From positions 1 through 64,000 of the forward strand of contig NIVC01001664.1 in NCBI GenBank assembly GCA_002269645.1: a stretch of 64,000 nucleotides of DNA, written 5' to 3'. The stretch comes from Macrostomum lignano. Taxonomy: Eukaryota. Below the pieces are notes generated by a model, which did no database searches, was not told where the DNA came from, and saw only the letters and a program-made list of their open reading frames with translations. The translations under genes and the position numbers were made by a program. Within the stretch, counting starts at the first letter, position 1. The number at the start of each line of letters is the position of its first letter. Below, piece after piece: positions 1-12,340 of the stretch.

Positions 1-450
1 AGCTCTCTCTCTTTGACCTCCCCTAGCTCTCTCTTATGACCTCCCCTAACTCTCTCTTATGACCTCCCCTAGCTCTCTCTTGTGACCTCCCCTAACTCTC
101 TCCTATGACCTCCCCTAGCTCTCTCTGTGACCTCCCCTAGCTCTCTCTTGTGACCTCTCCCTAGCTCTCTCTTATAACCTCCCTAGCTCTCTCTTATGAC
201 CTCCCCTAGCTCTCTCTTGACCTCCCAACTCTCTCTTGTGACCTCCCAGCTCTCTCTTGTGACCTCCCCTAGCTCTCTCTTGTGACCTCCCCTAGCTCTC
301 TCTTGTGACCTCCCCTAGCTCTCTCTTGTGACCTCCCCTAGCTCTCTCTGTGACCTCCCCTAGCTCTCTCTTGTGACCTCCCCTAGCTCTCTCTTGTGAC
401 CTCCCCTAGCCTCTCTTGTGACCTCCCCTAGCTCTCTCGTGACCTCTCCT
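1..450. repeat. Minisatellite, ~23-bp unit (GACCTCCCCTAGCTCTCTCTTGT), runs off window start
   Basis: Direct tandem copies with small indels visible from base 1. Confidence 0.95.
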
Positions 451-1074
451 CTCTATTTCCTGATCTCTTTACTATTTCTCTGCTACACTCGCTCTAATCT
501 TCCTAATCCCTGGAACTCTTATTTCGGTCTCTGGCTTCATAGATTAGCAGATCTCTCTCTTCTCTGTCCTTCCTCGATCGCCCCCAAGTGTTCATAAACT
601 GTTGTTGGAACCATCGAATGCCAATAAAGAAGCCGAACAAACACGCACAAGCAGTTAGTTGATATTGCTAACGAATACAGCGGCACAGAGATCTCCAATA
701 TCTCTCCATCTCTCTTTCTCGCTGCTTCTCCTGCTAGCAAAATTGCTGCTCCAATGTCATGCTCTCCTCCTCCTCCTCCTCCTCCTCCTTCTTCTTCAGT
801 ACAAGCAGAAAATGACGATTCTTTCCAAAAGTTAGCTTTGTCGTGCACGAGATGTCGAGGAGGAATGGCCAAAGGGAGGGCGGACCAGGAAGCCTAAAAC
901 TAGAACTTGGAGTGGCAGCTCTTCCCCAAATCAGCACACCAATTTTCAGACAACTGAAGAGCGTTTGTGTGCGTCATTTTTTGCTAACGCTATCATAATT
1001 ATCAGTGATTTCTTATATAGCCCAAGAAATACGATAGGAAGCCAAAGTGAGGGCTTACGAGTATGACTTTAAAA

Positions 1075-2316
1075 CAAGTGCCTGCGGTTCTAAAATGAGT
1101 GCCTGCGGTTCAAAAATGAGTGCCTGCGGAGCTAAAATAAGTGCCTGCGGTTCTAAAATGAGTGCCTGTGGAGCCAAAATGAGTGCCTGCGGTTCTAAAA
1201 TGAGTGCCTGCGGAGCTAAAATAAGTGCCTGCGGTTCTAAAATGAGTGCCTGTGGAGCCAAAATGAGTGCCTGCGGTTCTAAAATGAGTGCCTGCGGTTC
1301 TAAAATAAGTGCCTGCGGTTCTAAAATGAGTGCCTGTGGAGCCAAAATGAGTGCCTGCGGTTCTAAAATGAGTGCCTGCGGTTCTAAAATGAGTGCCTGC
1401 GGTTCTAAAATGAGTGCCTGCGGTTCTAAAATGAGTGCCTGCGGTTCTAAAATGAGTGCCTGTGGAGCCAAAATGAGTGCCTGCGGTTCTAAAATGAGTG
1501 CCTGTGGAGCCAAAATGAGTGCCTGCGGTTCTAAAATGAGTGCCTGCGGTTCTAAAATGAGTGCCTGTGGAGCCAAAATGAGTGCCTGCGGTTCTAAAAT
1601 GAGTGCCTGTGGAGCCAAAATGAGTGCCTGCGGTTCCAAAATGACTGCCTGCGGTTCTAAAATGAGTGCCTGCGGAGCCAAAATAAGTGCCTGCGGTTCT
1701 AAAATGAGTGCCTGCGGAGCCAAAATGAGTGCCTGCGGCGCCAAAATGACTGCCTGCGGTTCTAAAATGAGTGCCTGCGGAGCTAAAATAAGTGCCTGCG
1801 GTTCTAAAATGAGTGCCTGCGGAGCCAAAATGAGTGCCTGCGGCGCCAAAATGAGTGCCTGCGGCGCCAAAATGAGTGCCTGCGGTTCTAAAATGAGTGC
1901 CTGCGGAGCCAAAATGACTGCCTGCGGAGCTAAAATGAGTGTCTGCGGAGCTAAAATAAGTGCCTGCGGCGCTAAAATGAGTGCCTGCGGCGCTAAAATG
2001 AGTGCCTGCGGAGCTAAAATAAGTGCCTGCGGAGCTAAAATGAGTGTCTGCGGAGCTAAAATAAGTGCCTGCGGCGCCAAAATGAGTGCCTGCGGCGCCA
2101 AAATGACTGCCTGTGGAGCTAAAATGACTGTCTGCGGAGCTAAAATAAGTGTCTGCGGCGCCAAAATGAGTGTCTGCGGAGCTAAAATAAGTGCCTGCGG
2201 TTCTAAAATGAGTGCCTGCGGTTCTAAAATGAGTGCCTGCGGCGCCAAAATGAGTGTCTGCGGAGCTAAAATAAGTGTCTGCGGTTCTAAAATGAGTGCC
2301 TGCGGCGCCAAAATGA
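1075..2316. repeat. Minisatellite, 21-bp unit (AAAATGAGTGCCTGCGG[TTCT/AGCC])
   Basis: ~59 tandem 21-mers; explains the 442-aa (+) and 435-aa (-) repeat ORFs. Confidence 0.97.
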
Positions 2317-2914
2317 ATATCAGATTCTGTAGCTTGGCCGGTGTAAGAACACCGACTCCCAAAATATTATACTAGTAGGGCATATTTTACGTTGGATGGT
2401 TACTTTTCCCCCTCTCCAACCACCATAAAACCCATGGCAACGCCCCTGATTTTTCTGTAAACTGAAAAACTGCAGTAAGCCTACAGTTGTCTAAATATGG
2501 CGGACTCGGGAAAGAGTTTCGCTACTCCAGACTCTGTATCTAGGCCTTCTTGACTCTTTAACTCGGCAAAGCAAGCAGAGCTCTCTCTCGGGTGACCAGC
2601 TAATCCTCGATTGGTCCTCGGCGTGTCTTTCTGCTCCGGCAGCATCTTTAAACTTCTTCGGCCGGGGTTCATTTGCAATCACGCGATCTATCGGCTGAGA
2701 TAGGGGAGAAGTGGGGGCCGCCTGAGCAAGAGAGAGAGAGGGGGGAGAGATAGAGGCGGGAGGGACGAGTTCCCAACCAAGTGCGCAATATTAAATTTAG
2801 TTTGACAGAGCAAAAGCTACCCCAAGTGGATGCCTAATTGCCAACATTGAATTCGAAGTCAGGGAGACCCGTCCGCTAGCGGTCACCTCTTGGCTTGTAA
2901 GTTATGTTAAGTCA

Positions 2915-3525
2915 GGATATAACGGATGGTATATAGGGGATAGAACGGATGGTAAATAGGGGATAGAACGGATGATATAGGGGATATAACGGATAGTATA
3001 TCGAAGATAGAACGGATAGTATATAGAGGATAGAACGGATGGTATATAGAAGATAGAACGGATAGTATATAGAGGATAGAACGGATAGTATATAGAAGAT
3101 AGAACGGATAGTATATAGAGGATAGAACGGATAGTATATAGAAGATAGAACGGATAGTATATAGAGGATTGAACGGATGTTATAGGGGATAGAACAGATA
3201 GTATATAGGGGATAGAACGGTTGGTATAGGGGATAGAACAGATAGTATATAGAGGATAGAACGGATGGTATATAGAAGATAGAACGGATAGTATATAGAG
3301 GATAGAACGGATAGTATATAGAAGATAGAACGGATAGTATATAGAGGATTGAACGGATGTTATAGGGGATAGAACAGATAGTATATAGGGGATAGAACGG
3401 TTGGTATAGGGGATAGAACAGATAGTATATAGAGGATGGAACGGATGTTATAGGGGATAGAACGGATAGTATATAGGGGGATAGAACGGTTGGTATAGGG
3501 GATAGAACGGATGTTATTGGGGATA
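2915..3525. repeat. Minisatellite, 23-bp unit (GATAGAACGGATAGTATATAGAG)
   Basis: Tandem copies with period 23 (e.g. 3061 and 3084). Confidence 0.93.
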
Positions 3526-4009
3526 GAGCAGAGAGCCTGTGTGGTATAGGGAATATAACAGTTTGGGGGATAGAACGGATGGCTAGTTGGGTTTGGGAGA
3601 TAGAACAGATGGCTATTAGTATAGCAGGGAATAGAATAGATTGCTAATAAACTCGAGAAGGATGAGGGCCGACAAGAAAATTGGTGAGGCATCAATCATA
3701 CTTGTCTCTTAAGTCGCTCCAGATGTAATTTATCCGGTAGCATCTTCACCCCGTCAATCTCCTGTGGCCTCGATAGCGTGCCAATTAGAGTAGAAAAAAA
3801 GTCTTAATAAAGCTGACTGAATCTCCCAGCCTTCTAGCTTGGCTAGCTAGGCAACAACTGGCTTCATTTGCCGCCTCTGTGCGCCAATGTCAAAGTCTCA
3901 CGAACGTTTTCATGGAAAAAAGGATTGAGACTTGCGTCTTGCTTGCTGAGCACGCAAGCAGGGGGCTCACAGGGGGCGATGTCTTCAGCCCTCAAGTGGG
4001 CACCCTCAG

Positions 4010-6063
4010 ACTCTTCGTTTGATACCCTCCGACTCTTCAATTGATACCCTCCGACTCTTCAATTGATACCCTCCGACTCTTCATTTGATACCCTCCGACT
4101 CTTCATTTGATACCCTCCGACTCTTCATTTGATATCCCCAGACTCTTCATTTGATACCACCCGAACTCTTCATTTGATACCCTTCGACTCTTCATTTGAT
4201 ACCCTCCGACTCTTCATTTGATATCCCAGACTCTTCATTTGATACCACCCGAACTCTTCATTTGATACCCTCAGACTCTTCATTTGATATCCCGAATTCT
4301 TCATTTGATATCCTCAGACTCTTCATTTGATATTCTCCGACTCTTCATTTGATATTCTCCGACTCTTCATTTGATATTCTCCGACTCTTCATTTGATACC
4401 CTCCGACTCTTCATTTGATATTCTCCGACTCTTCATTTGATACCCTCCGACTCTTTATTTGATATCCCCAGACGCTTCATTTGATACCCTCAGACTCTTC
4501 ATTTGATATCCCCAGACTCTTCATTTGATATTCTCCGACTCTTCATTTGATACCCTCAGACTCTTCATTTGATATCCCCGAATTCTTCATTTGATATCCT
4601 CAGACTCTTCATTTGATATTCTCCGACTCTTCATTTGATATTCTCCGACTCTTCATTTGATATTCTCCGACTCTTCATTTGATACCCTCCGACTCTTCAT
4701 TTGATATTCTCCGACTCTTCATTTGATACCCTCCGACTCTTTATTTGATATCCCCAGACGCTTCATTTGATACCCTCAGACTCTTCATTTGATATCCCCA
4801 GACTCTTCATTTGATATTCTCCGACTCTTCATTTGATATCCTCCGACTCTTCATTTGATATTCTCCGACTCTTCATTTGATATCCCCAGACTCTTCATTT
4901 GATATCCCAGACTCTTCATTTGATATCCCCAGACTCTTCATTTGATATCCCCAGACTCTTCATTTGATATCCCCAGACTCTTCATTTGATATCCCCAGAC
5001 TCTTCATTTGATATCCCCAGACTCTTCATTTGATACCCTCCGACTCTTCATTTGATATCCCCAGACTCTTCATTTGATATCCCCAGACTCTTCATTTGAT
5101 ATCCCCAGACTCTTCATTTGATATCCCCAGACTCTTCATTTGATATCCCCAGACTCTTCATTTGATATCCCCAGACTCTTCATTTGATACCCTCCGACTC
5201 TTCATTTGATATTCTCCGACTCTTCATTTGATACCCTCCGACTCTTCATTTGATACCCTCCGACTCTTCATTTGATATTCTCCGACTCTTCATTTGATAT
5301 TCTCCGACTCTTCATTTGATATTCTCCGACTCTTCATTTGATATTCTCCGACTCTTCATTTGATATTCTCCGACTCTTCATTTGATATTCTCCGACTCTT
5401 CATTTGATATTCTCCGACTCTTCATTTGATATCCTCCGACTCTTCATTTGATATTCTCCGACTCTTCATTTGATACCCTCCGACTCTTCATTTGATATCC
5501 CCAGACTCTTCATTTGATATCCCCAGACTCTTCATTTGATACCCTCCGACTCTTCATTTGATATCCCCAGACTCTTCATTTGATATCCCCAGACTCTTCA
5601 TTTGATATCCCCAGACTCTTCATTTGATATCCCCAGACTCTTCATTTGATATCCCCAGACTCTTCATTTGATATCCCCAGACTCTTCATTTGATATCCCC
5701 AGACTCTTCATTTGATATTCTCCGACTCTTCATTTGATATTCTCCGACTCTTCATTTGATACCCTCCGACTCTTCATTTGATATCCCCAGACTCTTCATT
5801 TGATATCCCCAGACTCTTCATTTGATACCCTCCGACTCTTCATTTGATATTCTCCGACTCTTCATTTGATATTCTCCGACTCTTCATTTAATATCCCCAG
5901 ACTCTTCATTTGATATCCCCTCCGACTTTTCATTTGATACCCTTCGACTCTTCATTTGATACCCTCCGACTCTTCATTTGATACCCTCCGACTCTTCATT
6001 TGATATTCTCCGACTCTTCATTTGATACCCTCCGACTCTTTATTTGATACCCTCCGACTCTTC
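4010..6063. repeat. Minisatellite, 22-bp unit (GACTCTTCATTTGATA[CCCTCC/TCCCCA/TTCTCC])
   Basis: ~90 tandem copies of three interleaved variants. Confidence 0.97.
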
Positions 6064-6445
6064 AGTGCAACCTTTTAGCAGGCCCTTTGGTAATCCAATG
6101 CTATAGTATTCTTATATCAGTGTACCTAATCCAATACGGATGTATAAATTTATAAAATCGCGATAATCAATATACAGAAATCGTCCCTCCAACAGAGTTT
6201 GCACTTTATAAGTCGACTGTCTCGATTATGTGTTTATCCTTATATAAATATTATGACAGAAAATCGGGTCAATAAGCGCTATATTTAGGGCCTAAATAGG
6301 AGCTCTATTCAGTTATACTAGCTAGTATGTTAAGCGCGATTTTCCCGACTGCCAGAGGAACCGTCGACTCGAAGCATAAATCAAGTGCGCGGTAAAGTAC
6401 TGAGAGATCGATTCCGATTTTACAGCCTAAGACTCGAGAGCTCAC

Positions 6446-8728
6446 CTCTTCTATCGCTTTGGCTTGGCGCATTGAAGTACGAGGCTACACCTTCAGGCGA
6501 GAAGGTGAGGATGTAAAACATCACGTCGCCCGTTTCGCTCCTTACTGGAGCTACCATCGTGTTGGAAACGAATCGGGTGCCTGCGGAGGTGTCGAAACGC
6601 TCGAAAATAATCGGACATGGCTTAAAAGCTTACATGGCAAAAGGCATGTATTAAATTAAGACCATAGAATGAGGGTATGCGCTAACCGTGCACCATCTAG
6701 ACAATAGAAATGCAAGGACCACTAGGAACACTTCGTCTAGTCTATCCCACCTTTGAAGACGACAGCGTCTTCATTCACTAGTCTAGTAGTCCTTGTAGAA
6801 ATGATGACCATAGACTATGCGCAGACAGTGCACCATCTAAGCAATGGAAATGACTGACTATAGACTATGCGCAGACAGTGCACCATCTAAGCAATGGAAA
6901 TGACTGACCATAGACTATGCGCAGACAGTGCACCATCTAAGCAATGGAAATGACTGACCATAGACTATGCGCAGACAGTGCACCATCTAAGCAATGGAAA
7001 TGACTGACCATAGACTATGCGCAGACAGTGCACCATCTAAGCAATGGAAATGACTGACCATAGACTATGCGCAGACAGTGCACCATCTAAGCAATGGAAA
7101 TGACTGACCATAGACTATGCGCAGACAGTGCACCATCTAAGCAATGGAAATGACTGACCATAGACTATGCGCAGACAGTGCACCATCTAAGCAATGGAAA
7201 TGACTGACCATAGACTATGCGCAGACAGTGCACCATCTAAGCAATGGAAATGACTGACCATAGACTATGCGCAGACAGTGCACCATCTAAGCAATGGAAA
7301 TGACTGACCATAGACTATGCGCAGACAGTGCACCATCTAAGCAATGGAAATGACTGACCATAGACTATGCGCAGACAGTGCACCATCTAAGCAATGGAAA
7401 TGACTGACCATAGACTATGCGCAGACAGTGCACCATCTAAGCAATGGAAATGACTGACCATAGACTATGCGCAGACAGTGCACCATCTAAGCAATGGAAA
7501 TGACTGACCATAGACTATGCGCAGACAGTGCACCATCTAAGCAATGGAAATGACTGACCATAGACTATGCGCAGACAGTGCACCATCTAAGCAATGGAAA
7601 TGACTGACCATAGACTATGCGCAGACAGTGCACCATCTAAGCAATGGAAATGACTGACCATAGACTATGCGCAGACAGTGCACCATCTAAGCAATGGAAA
7701 TGACTGACCATAGACTATGCGCAGACAGTGCACCATCTAAGCAATGGAAATGACTGACCATAGACTATGCGCAGACAGTGCACCATCTAAGCAATGGAAA
7801 TGACTGACCATAGACTATGCGCAGACAGTGCACCATCTAAGCAATGGAAATGACTGACCATAGACTATGCGCAGACAGTGCACCATCTAAGCAATGGAAA
7901 TGACTGACCATAGACTATGCGCAGACAGTGCACCATCTAAGCAATGGAAATGACTGACCATAGACTATGCGCAGACAGTGCACCATCTAAGCAATGGAAA
8001 TGACTGACCATAGACTATGCGCAGACAGTGCACCATCTAAGCAATGGAAATGACTGACCATAGACTATGCGCAGACAGTGCACCATCTAAGCAATGGAAA
8101 TGACTGACCATAGACTATGCGCAGACAGTGCACCATCTAAGCAATGGAAATGACTGACCATAGACTATGCGCAGACAGTGCACCATCTAAGCAATGGAAA
8201 TGACTGACCATAGACTATGCGCAGACAGTGCTTACCATCCTTCTTATAAATCAGTATCTGAACCTGTCTCTCGTCTCGACAACCCAGAGCTTCTTTTAGC
8301 TCAGCAATGGAGCGCACTGTGGTGAGCGGTCCGTGCAAGAAGTCCATGCTGGCTGGTTGTTGCATGACATCGGCTCGAGTGTAGCCAACCAGCTCGCAGA
8401 AACCGTCATTGCAGAAGATGACAGGCCGATGATCGAGACTGCCATTGGCGATACAGAACTTCCGATCTGGGAGCATTATAAATTAGAAAGTATGTGATTT
8501 AGGTGTAAGTAGGTGATTTAGAGTAGGTGTTAGAAAGCTGAATTACAAACTAAGCTAATACATGTGTATGTTTGTTTCGAAGTGCAGAGACTAAATATTC
8601 GGCTTATACGAGTGTACTACTAAGAACGATACAAAAGCTACCCAATACTTACTCTGTCCGTCGAACTTTCGAATAAGCGTATCCAAGAAAGTGTTCTGCG
8701 GCGCGATGTGTCCCCGTCTGACGGGCAT
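6446..8728 (-). CDS. KCNH2: erg/KCNH2-type (ether-a-go-go-related) voltage-gated K+ channel, N-terminal PAS-cap/PAS/PAC exons 1-3 (partial gene; downstream exons not identified)
   Basis: Exon1 8728-8653 (76 nt, [31 protein letters not shown] donor). Exon2 8466-8236 (231 nt, [37 protein letters not shown]...[14 protein letters not shown] donor). Exon3 6580-6446 (135 nt, [27 protein letters not shown]..., GTGAG donor). All junctions are phase 1 and join in frame; exon 1/2 sizes match the human KCNH2 layout as I recall it. The symbol denotes the erg subfamily, not strict orthology. Confidence 0.92.
6805..8230. repeat. Near-perfect 50-bp tandem repeat (~28 copies) filling erg intron 2
   Basis: TGACTGACCATAGACTATGCGCAGACAGTGCACCATCTAAGCAATGGAAA repeated essentially without variation. 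Confidence 0.98.
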
Positions 8729-9753
8729 TCTCAAGTTTTTTTCCGGACAATACAGGTATATTTAGCCGTGCCACTTGGCCAGAAATCGGTCGCTTTATCG
8801 TTGTAACTCTAATTTGAATTATCAAGAAAAGTTCATACAACGAATGAAGCTTATTTTAACAATTTTTTTTACTGTGCGGTTAATTTTAAATAAAGTCATA
8901 TTCGGGGGACATCTTAGGATTTCAAAGTGAATTTTTTTCGGTAATAGATAGGAATTCTGCTTTGAGTTAGTAGAACAAACTAAAGTGGACAAGCTTCAAT
9001 GTGCGTACGGTAGGAAAGGAAGCTGTATACGTACATTGCGTACAGTGCTGAGCTGAGTGTACACTCCGAGGCCCTGAATGCACATAGAAAGTATTGATGA
9101 AATCCAACCATACAGATGTCTTTTTTTAGACCATGCGCGCATTTTGTTTGAATTCTTCTGCTTCGCACCACACACAAAGGAAATTAATGGAATCAGCTAT
9201 AGTTACCTAGCTACTCTAATGAACCATTTCTGAGCACAAACGCATCCATCATTTATAATATTTCTGCTTTTTAAGTCGTGTAGCAACCCTTATTGAAGCG
9301 GGCTCAATTCAAGCTCATTATGCTATATAGCCAGCAGAAGCTTCATGAATGATGTTTCTCTTTCCCACACAATTCCTCTTAAACATGAAATGGTCAATAC
9401 AAACGGCTAATGGAGAGAGAGAGCCGTGAGAGAGACTGGGGGGCAGAGGAGATTGAGAGTCCGGGTGGACAAAATTTGCAGGGCAAGGGGAGGGAGGTAC
9501 TGAATTTATTGCATGCTATGTGATTTTGTGAGCTTGTAGCCAAGCCGTTTATGTACTTATACATGCCATACCGCGGGTATTTAGAAGCGATAGAAGGGAC
9601 GAGCGACAGAGAAGCAGACAGAGAGCATCGGGATGAGAACAGAAGGAGCGTAGGCGAACATGGCTAGAAGAGACAAAGGGGCAACAGACAATAAATACTC
9701 AAATACGCTAATTCTTGCCCAGACTAGCTGACTCCCGCCCGCCATCCACAAAA

Positions 9754-10269
9754 ATGCTAACAAAACGCAGTGGCAAAGCCCGTTTTAACGGCTTTGTCAC
9801 GGTGCACACCGTGTACTACTTGGGCAACTGCAGCGTAGCCGTCAACTCTGCACTAGAAGCCAAAGACGTGCGATTCGACACATCCTCGGCGGTGTCGGAG
9901 CTTCTAGCTCGCGGCGAAGGTCGCAAAGCCTACATGACGGTGACGCACGAAGGCCTGAAGCTGCACCTGGCTGATACGGGCGAGAATTGTCTCTCACCAC
10001 CGGAGAGAATCGCGTACTACTGTGCCTCAGCCGCCGGGTGCGGCCGCATCTTCGCCTGGGTCGACCAGCTGCCCTCGCTGCAGTTCGTCTGCCACGCGGC
10101 CGCATTTCGTCAATCCGAGCTGGCGCTGGAGATGGTGGCGCTGACGCGACACTTCCTGGCGGTGGCGTATCGCGACTGGCGCGACGTCCGAAGGCGACTG
10201 GCGGCTGATAGGTCGGCAGCGGGCTCCAGCAGTGCGGGCTCCGCCAGCGGCACCCTGCAAATGAAATGA
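9754..10269 (+). CDS. Intronless PTB/PID-domain protein (FAM43/LDLRAP1-like adaptor)
   Basis: ORF with YYLG near the N-terminus, RIAYYC, RIFAWV, CHAAAF and a C-terminal helix typical of PTB domains. GC-rich coding-like composition. AAAATG start at 9754 preferred over 9715. Confidence 0.7.
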   Translation: MLTKRSGKARFNGFVTVHTVYYLGNCSVAVNSALEAKDVRFDTSSAVSELLARGEGRKAYMTVTHEGLKLHLADTGENCLSPPERIAYYCASAAGCGRIFAWVDQLPSLQFVCHAAAFRQSELALEMVALTRHFLAVAYRDWRDVRRRLAADRSAAGSSSAGSASGTLQMK

Positions 10270-10791
10270 TAATAGAGCGACGAGCGCGCTTGAGGCCTGG
10301 ACAGCTAAAAGTAGATGGAGCGAATCGCAAATCGTGTGCTTTTCACTGGAGGCCGCAGCAAGGACTTAACTTAAGTAGAAGGACGCAACACTCGAAATCC
10401 ATGGTAAATGTTTTGAAGGCAACTTTTCGCCGAAAAAGACACTACAGAGATAGGAGGTTTTAATTTTTTCAGCACAAAAATTGTTATTGCTTTTGATAGG
10501 AGGCGGATCCAGTGTTCATCTTTGGATATGTTGTGCCTTTCTTATTGCTCTATCGATAATCATAAAGCTTTTCGTTCAGAAATAGTTTTAAAGGCAGGTT
10601 TCACCGGAAAAATACACTACGGAGATAGGAAATTTCACGATTTTCAACACAAAAACAGTGATTGGGTCTCTTAAAAGTGTCAGAGAAAGTCCTAACCACA
10701 CTATTTTGTGCCTCACATGCTGCTCTAACGACGCATTAATCGATTTTTCATGTTAAATTGGTCTGTCACCTAAAAAACATTTAAAATAATG

Positions 10792-10792
<1 letters not shown>

Positions 10793-10853
<61 letters not shown>
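10793..10853. repeat. (GA)n microsatellite abutting the PLE 5' truncation point
   Basis: ~30 GA dinucleotides. Confidence 0.98.
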
Positions 10854-10855
<2 letters not shown>

Positions 10856-12340
10856 CTGGTTCCTCTGCCCAGCCTTCCAGTGCGAGGAGTCCCATCGCCG
10901 CTTCGACCACAATGCTCAACAGTGGCTGGTCCACACGACGGCCGACATGAGGCTGCACTACGACACCCAGTTCGCTTCTACCGCTGCGAGAATGGAGCAA
11001 CTCCGTCTGTCAGGACCACTGGATGAGCTCAGGGCTGGCTGGCTCGTTGGTGCACGCTGGGCAGCGAACAGAATCGGCAGAGCGTGGAGCCCACGCATCC
11101 TCATTAGTGTTTTGGAGCGGCTTCGCACCCTAAGATTCACGGCCCTTTCTGAGTGCCTGAGTCAACCAGCACATCAAGACTCTCGAGTCATCGACTGGGC
11201 TCCAACGACCGCGCCGGCGGCTTCGTCGGCTTCGTCGGCAACCGCGCCGGCGACTTCGTCGGCGACCGCGCCGGCGACTTCGTCGGCGACCGCGCCGGCG
11301 GCTTCGTCAGCTTCGTCGGCAACTGCGCCGGCGGCTTCGTCGGCGACCGCGCCGGCGGCTTCGTCGGCGACCGCGCCGGCGGCTTCATTGGCGACCGCGC
11401 CGGCGGCTTCGTTGGCTTCGTCGGCGACCGCGCCGGCGGCTTCGTCGGCGACCGCGCCGGCGGCTTCGTCGGCGACCGCGCCGGCGGCTTCGTCGGCGAC
11501 CGCGCCGGCGGCTTCGTCGGCGACCGCGCCGGCGGCTTCGACGGCTCCAGAAGTGAACTCTACGGCGCCATCCGCAAAGAACTATGCCTCAACTGAGACT
11601 CCGACAAACAGGGAGGTGTCCCTCCCCATGACTACGTCTACTGGTGTTCCAGAGACTGTCACCGCCCGGACAAGTGAAGATGCCGCTGACTCCGGAACCC
11701 CGGCGGCCACCAGGAAGAGACCCCCATCTGGTTCTCCTGAATCCGGGAGTCTCATGCAGCCGTCGAAGACTGCCAGAAGCTTACGGGAGAACAAAGTCAT
11801 CTACCACCACGGAGCCAAGAAGCACTGGAAGCTGAGGTCGAAGCAGAAGCCCACCCTGGTGATCGCTGACCAGAACGTGGAATTCGTGAAGCTGGCCTCG
11901 CCAGACCTGGAGGTGCACTGCTTCCCAGGCCTCACGCTGGACTACCTTAAGAACATCAGCAAGGTGGAGAATGCGAGTCCCGACACGGGCCGCGTCATCG
12001 TCTGGGCCGGCAACAACGACCTCCACCGTGAGAGCTTCGACTTCTCCATCGCCAAGCTCTGGAAGATGAGCCTGACCAACATCAGGAAGGCTTTCCCCGG
12101 TGCGTCAATCTGGGTCGTGCAGACCGTGTGCCCCCCCCCCCCCCCGATGCGCCGGCGCTCCAGAAGAATAACTGCCGCAAGACTAACCAGCTTCTGAGCA
12201 GCTACAGGTCCATCAGCCTGATCTCGCTGGACACCAAGGACCTGGCATTCCGACGGGACCAGATCAGCCTGGAGCGACAGTCTGCTGATGGGGCGTTCGC
12301 CGTCGTCCTGGAGACGGCGGACGACCTTCCAAAAAACTGA
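10854..12340 (+). pseudogene. PLE ORF1 (5'-truncated), Ala/Ser/Thr repeat linker plus SGNH/GDSL esterase-like domain, frameshift at C15 run
   Basis: Open from the GA repeat. Motifs LVIADQN, HCFPG and VIVWAGNND resemble SGNH blocks I-III. After the poly-C at ~12130-12145 it continues in another frame to ...RDQISL...DDLPKN*. Confidence 0.7.

Noticed and set aside
537-872. 111-aa minus-strand ORF with poly-Gly as a possible erg exon
   Set aside because: No KCNH motifs (no ILHYSPFK/WDW) and no convincing splice sites; the poly-G comes from a (CCT)n microsatellite.
1047-2375. 442-aa (+, SACGSKM repeats) and 435-aa (-, LILAPQA repeats) ORFs
   Set aside because: Both arise because a 21-bp unit lacks stops in those frames; no unique domain, and the region is probably intronic to the erg gene.
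2481-3770. Possible further erg linker exons (EIDGVKMLPDKLHLERLKRQ near 3700-3765; AAPTSP… near 2500-2725)
   Set aside because: The phases do not join exon 3 (phase 1) and no conserved motifs are present; cannot be supported without transcripts.
10420-10670. Two ~70-bp degenerate direct repeats (…ACACTAC[A/G]GAGATAGGA…CACAAAAA) 3' of the PTB gene
   Set aside because: Probably part of an old TE; no termini or TSD could be defined.
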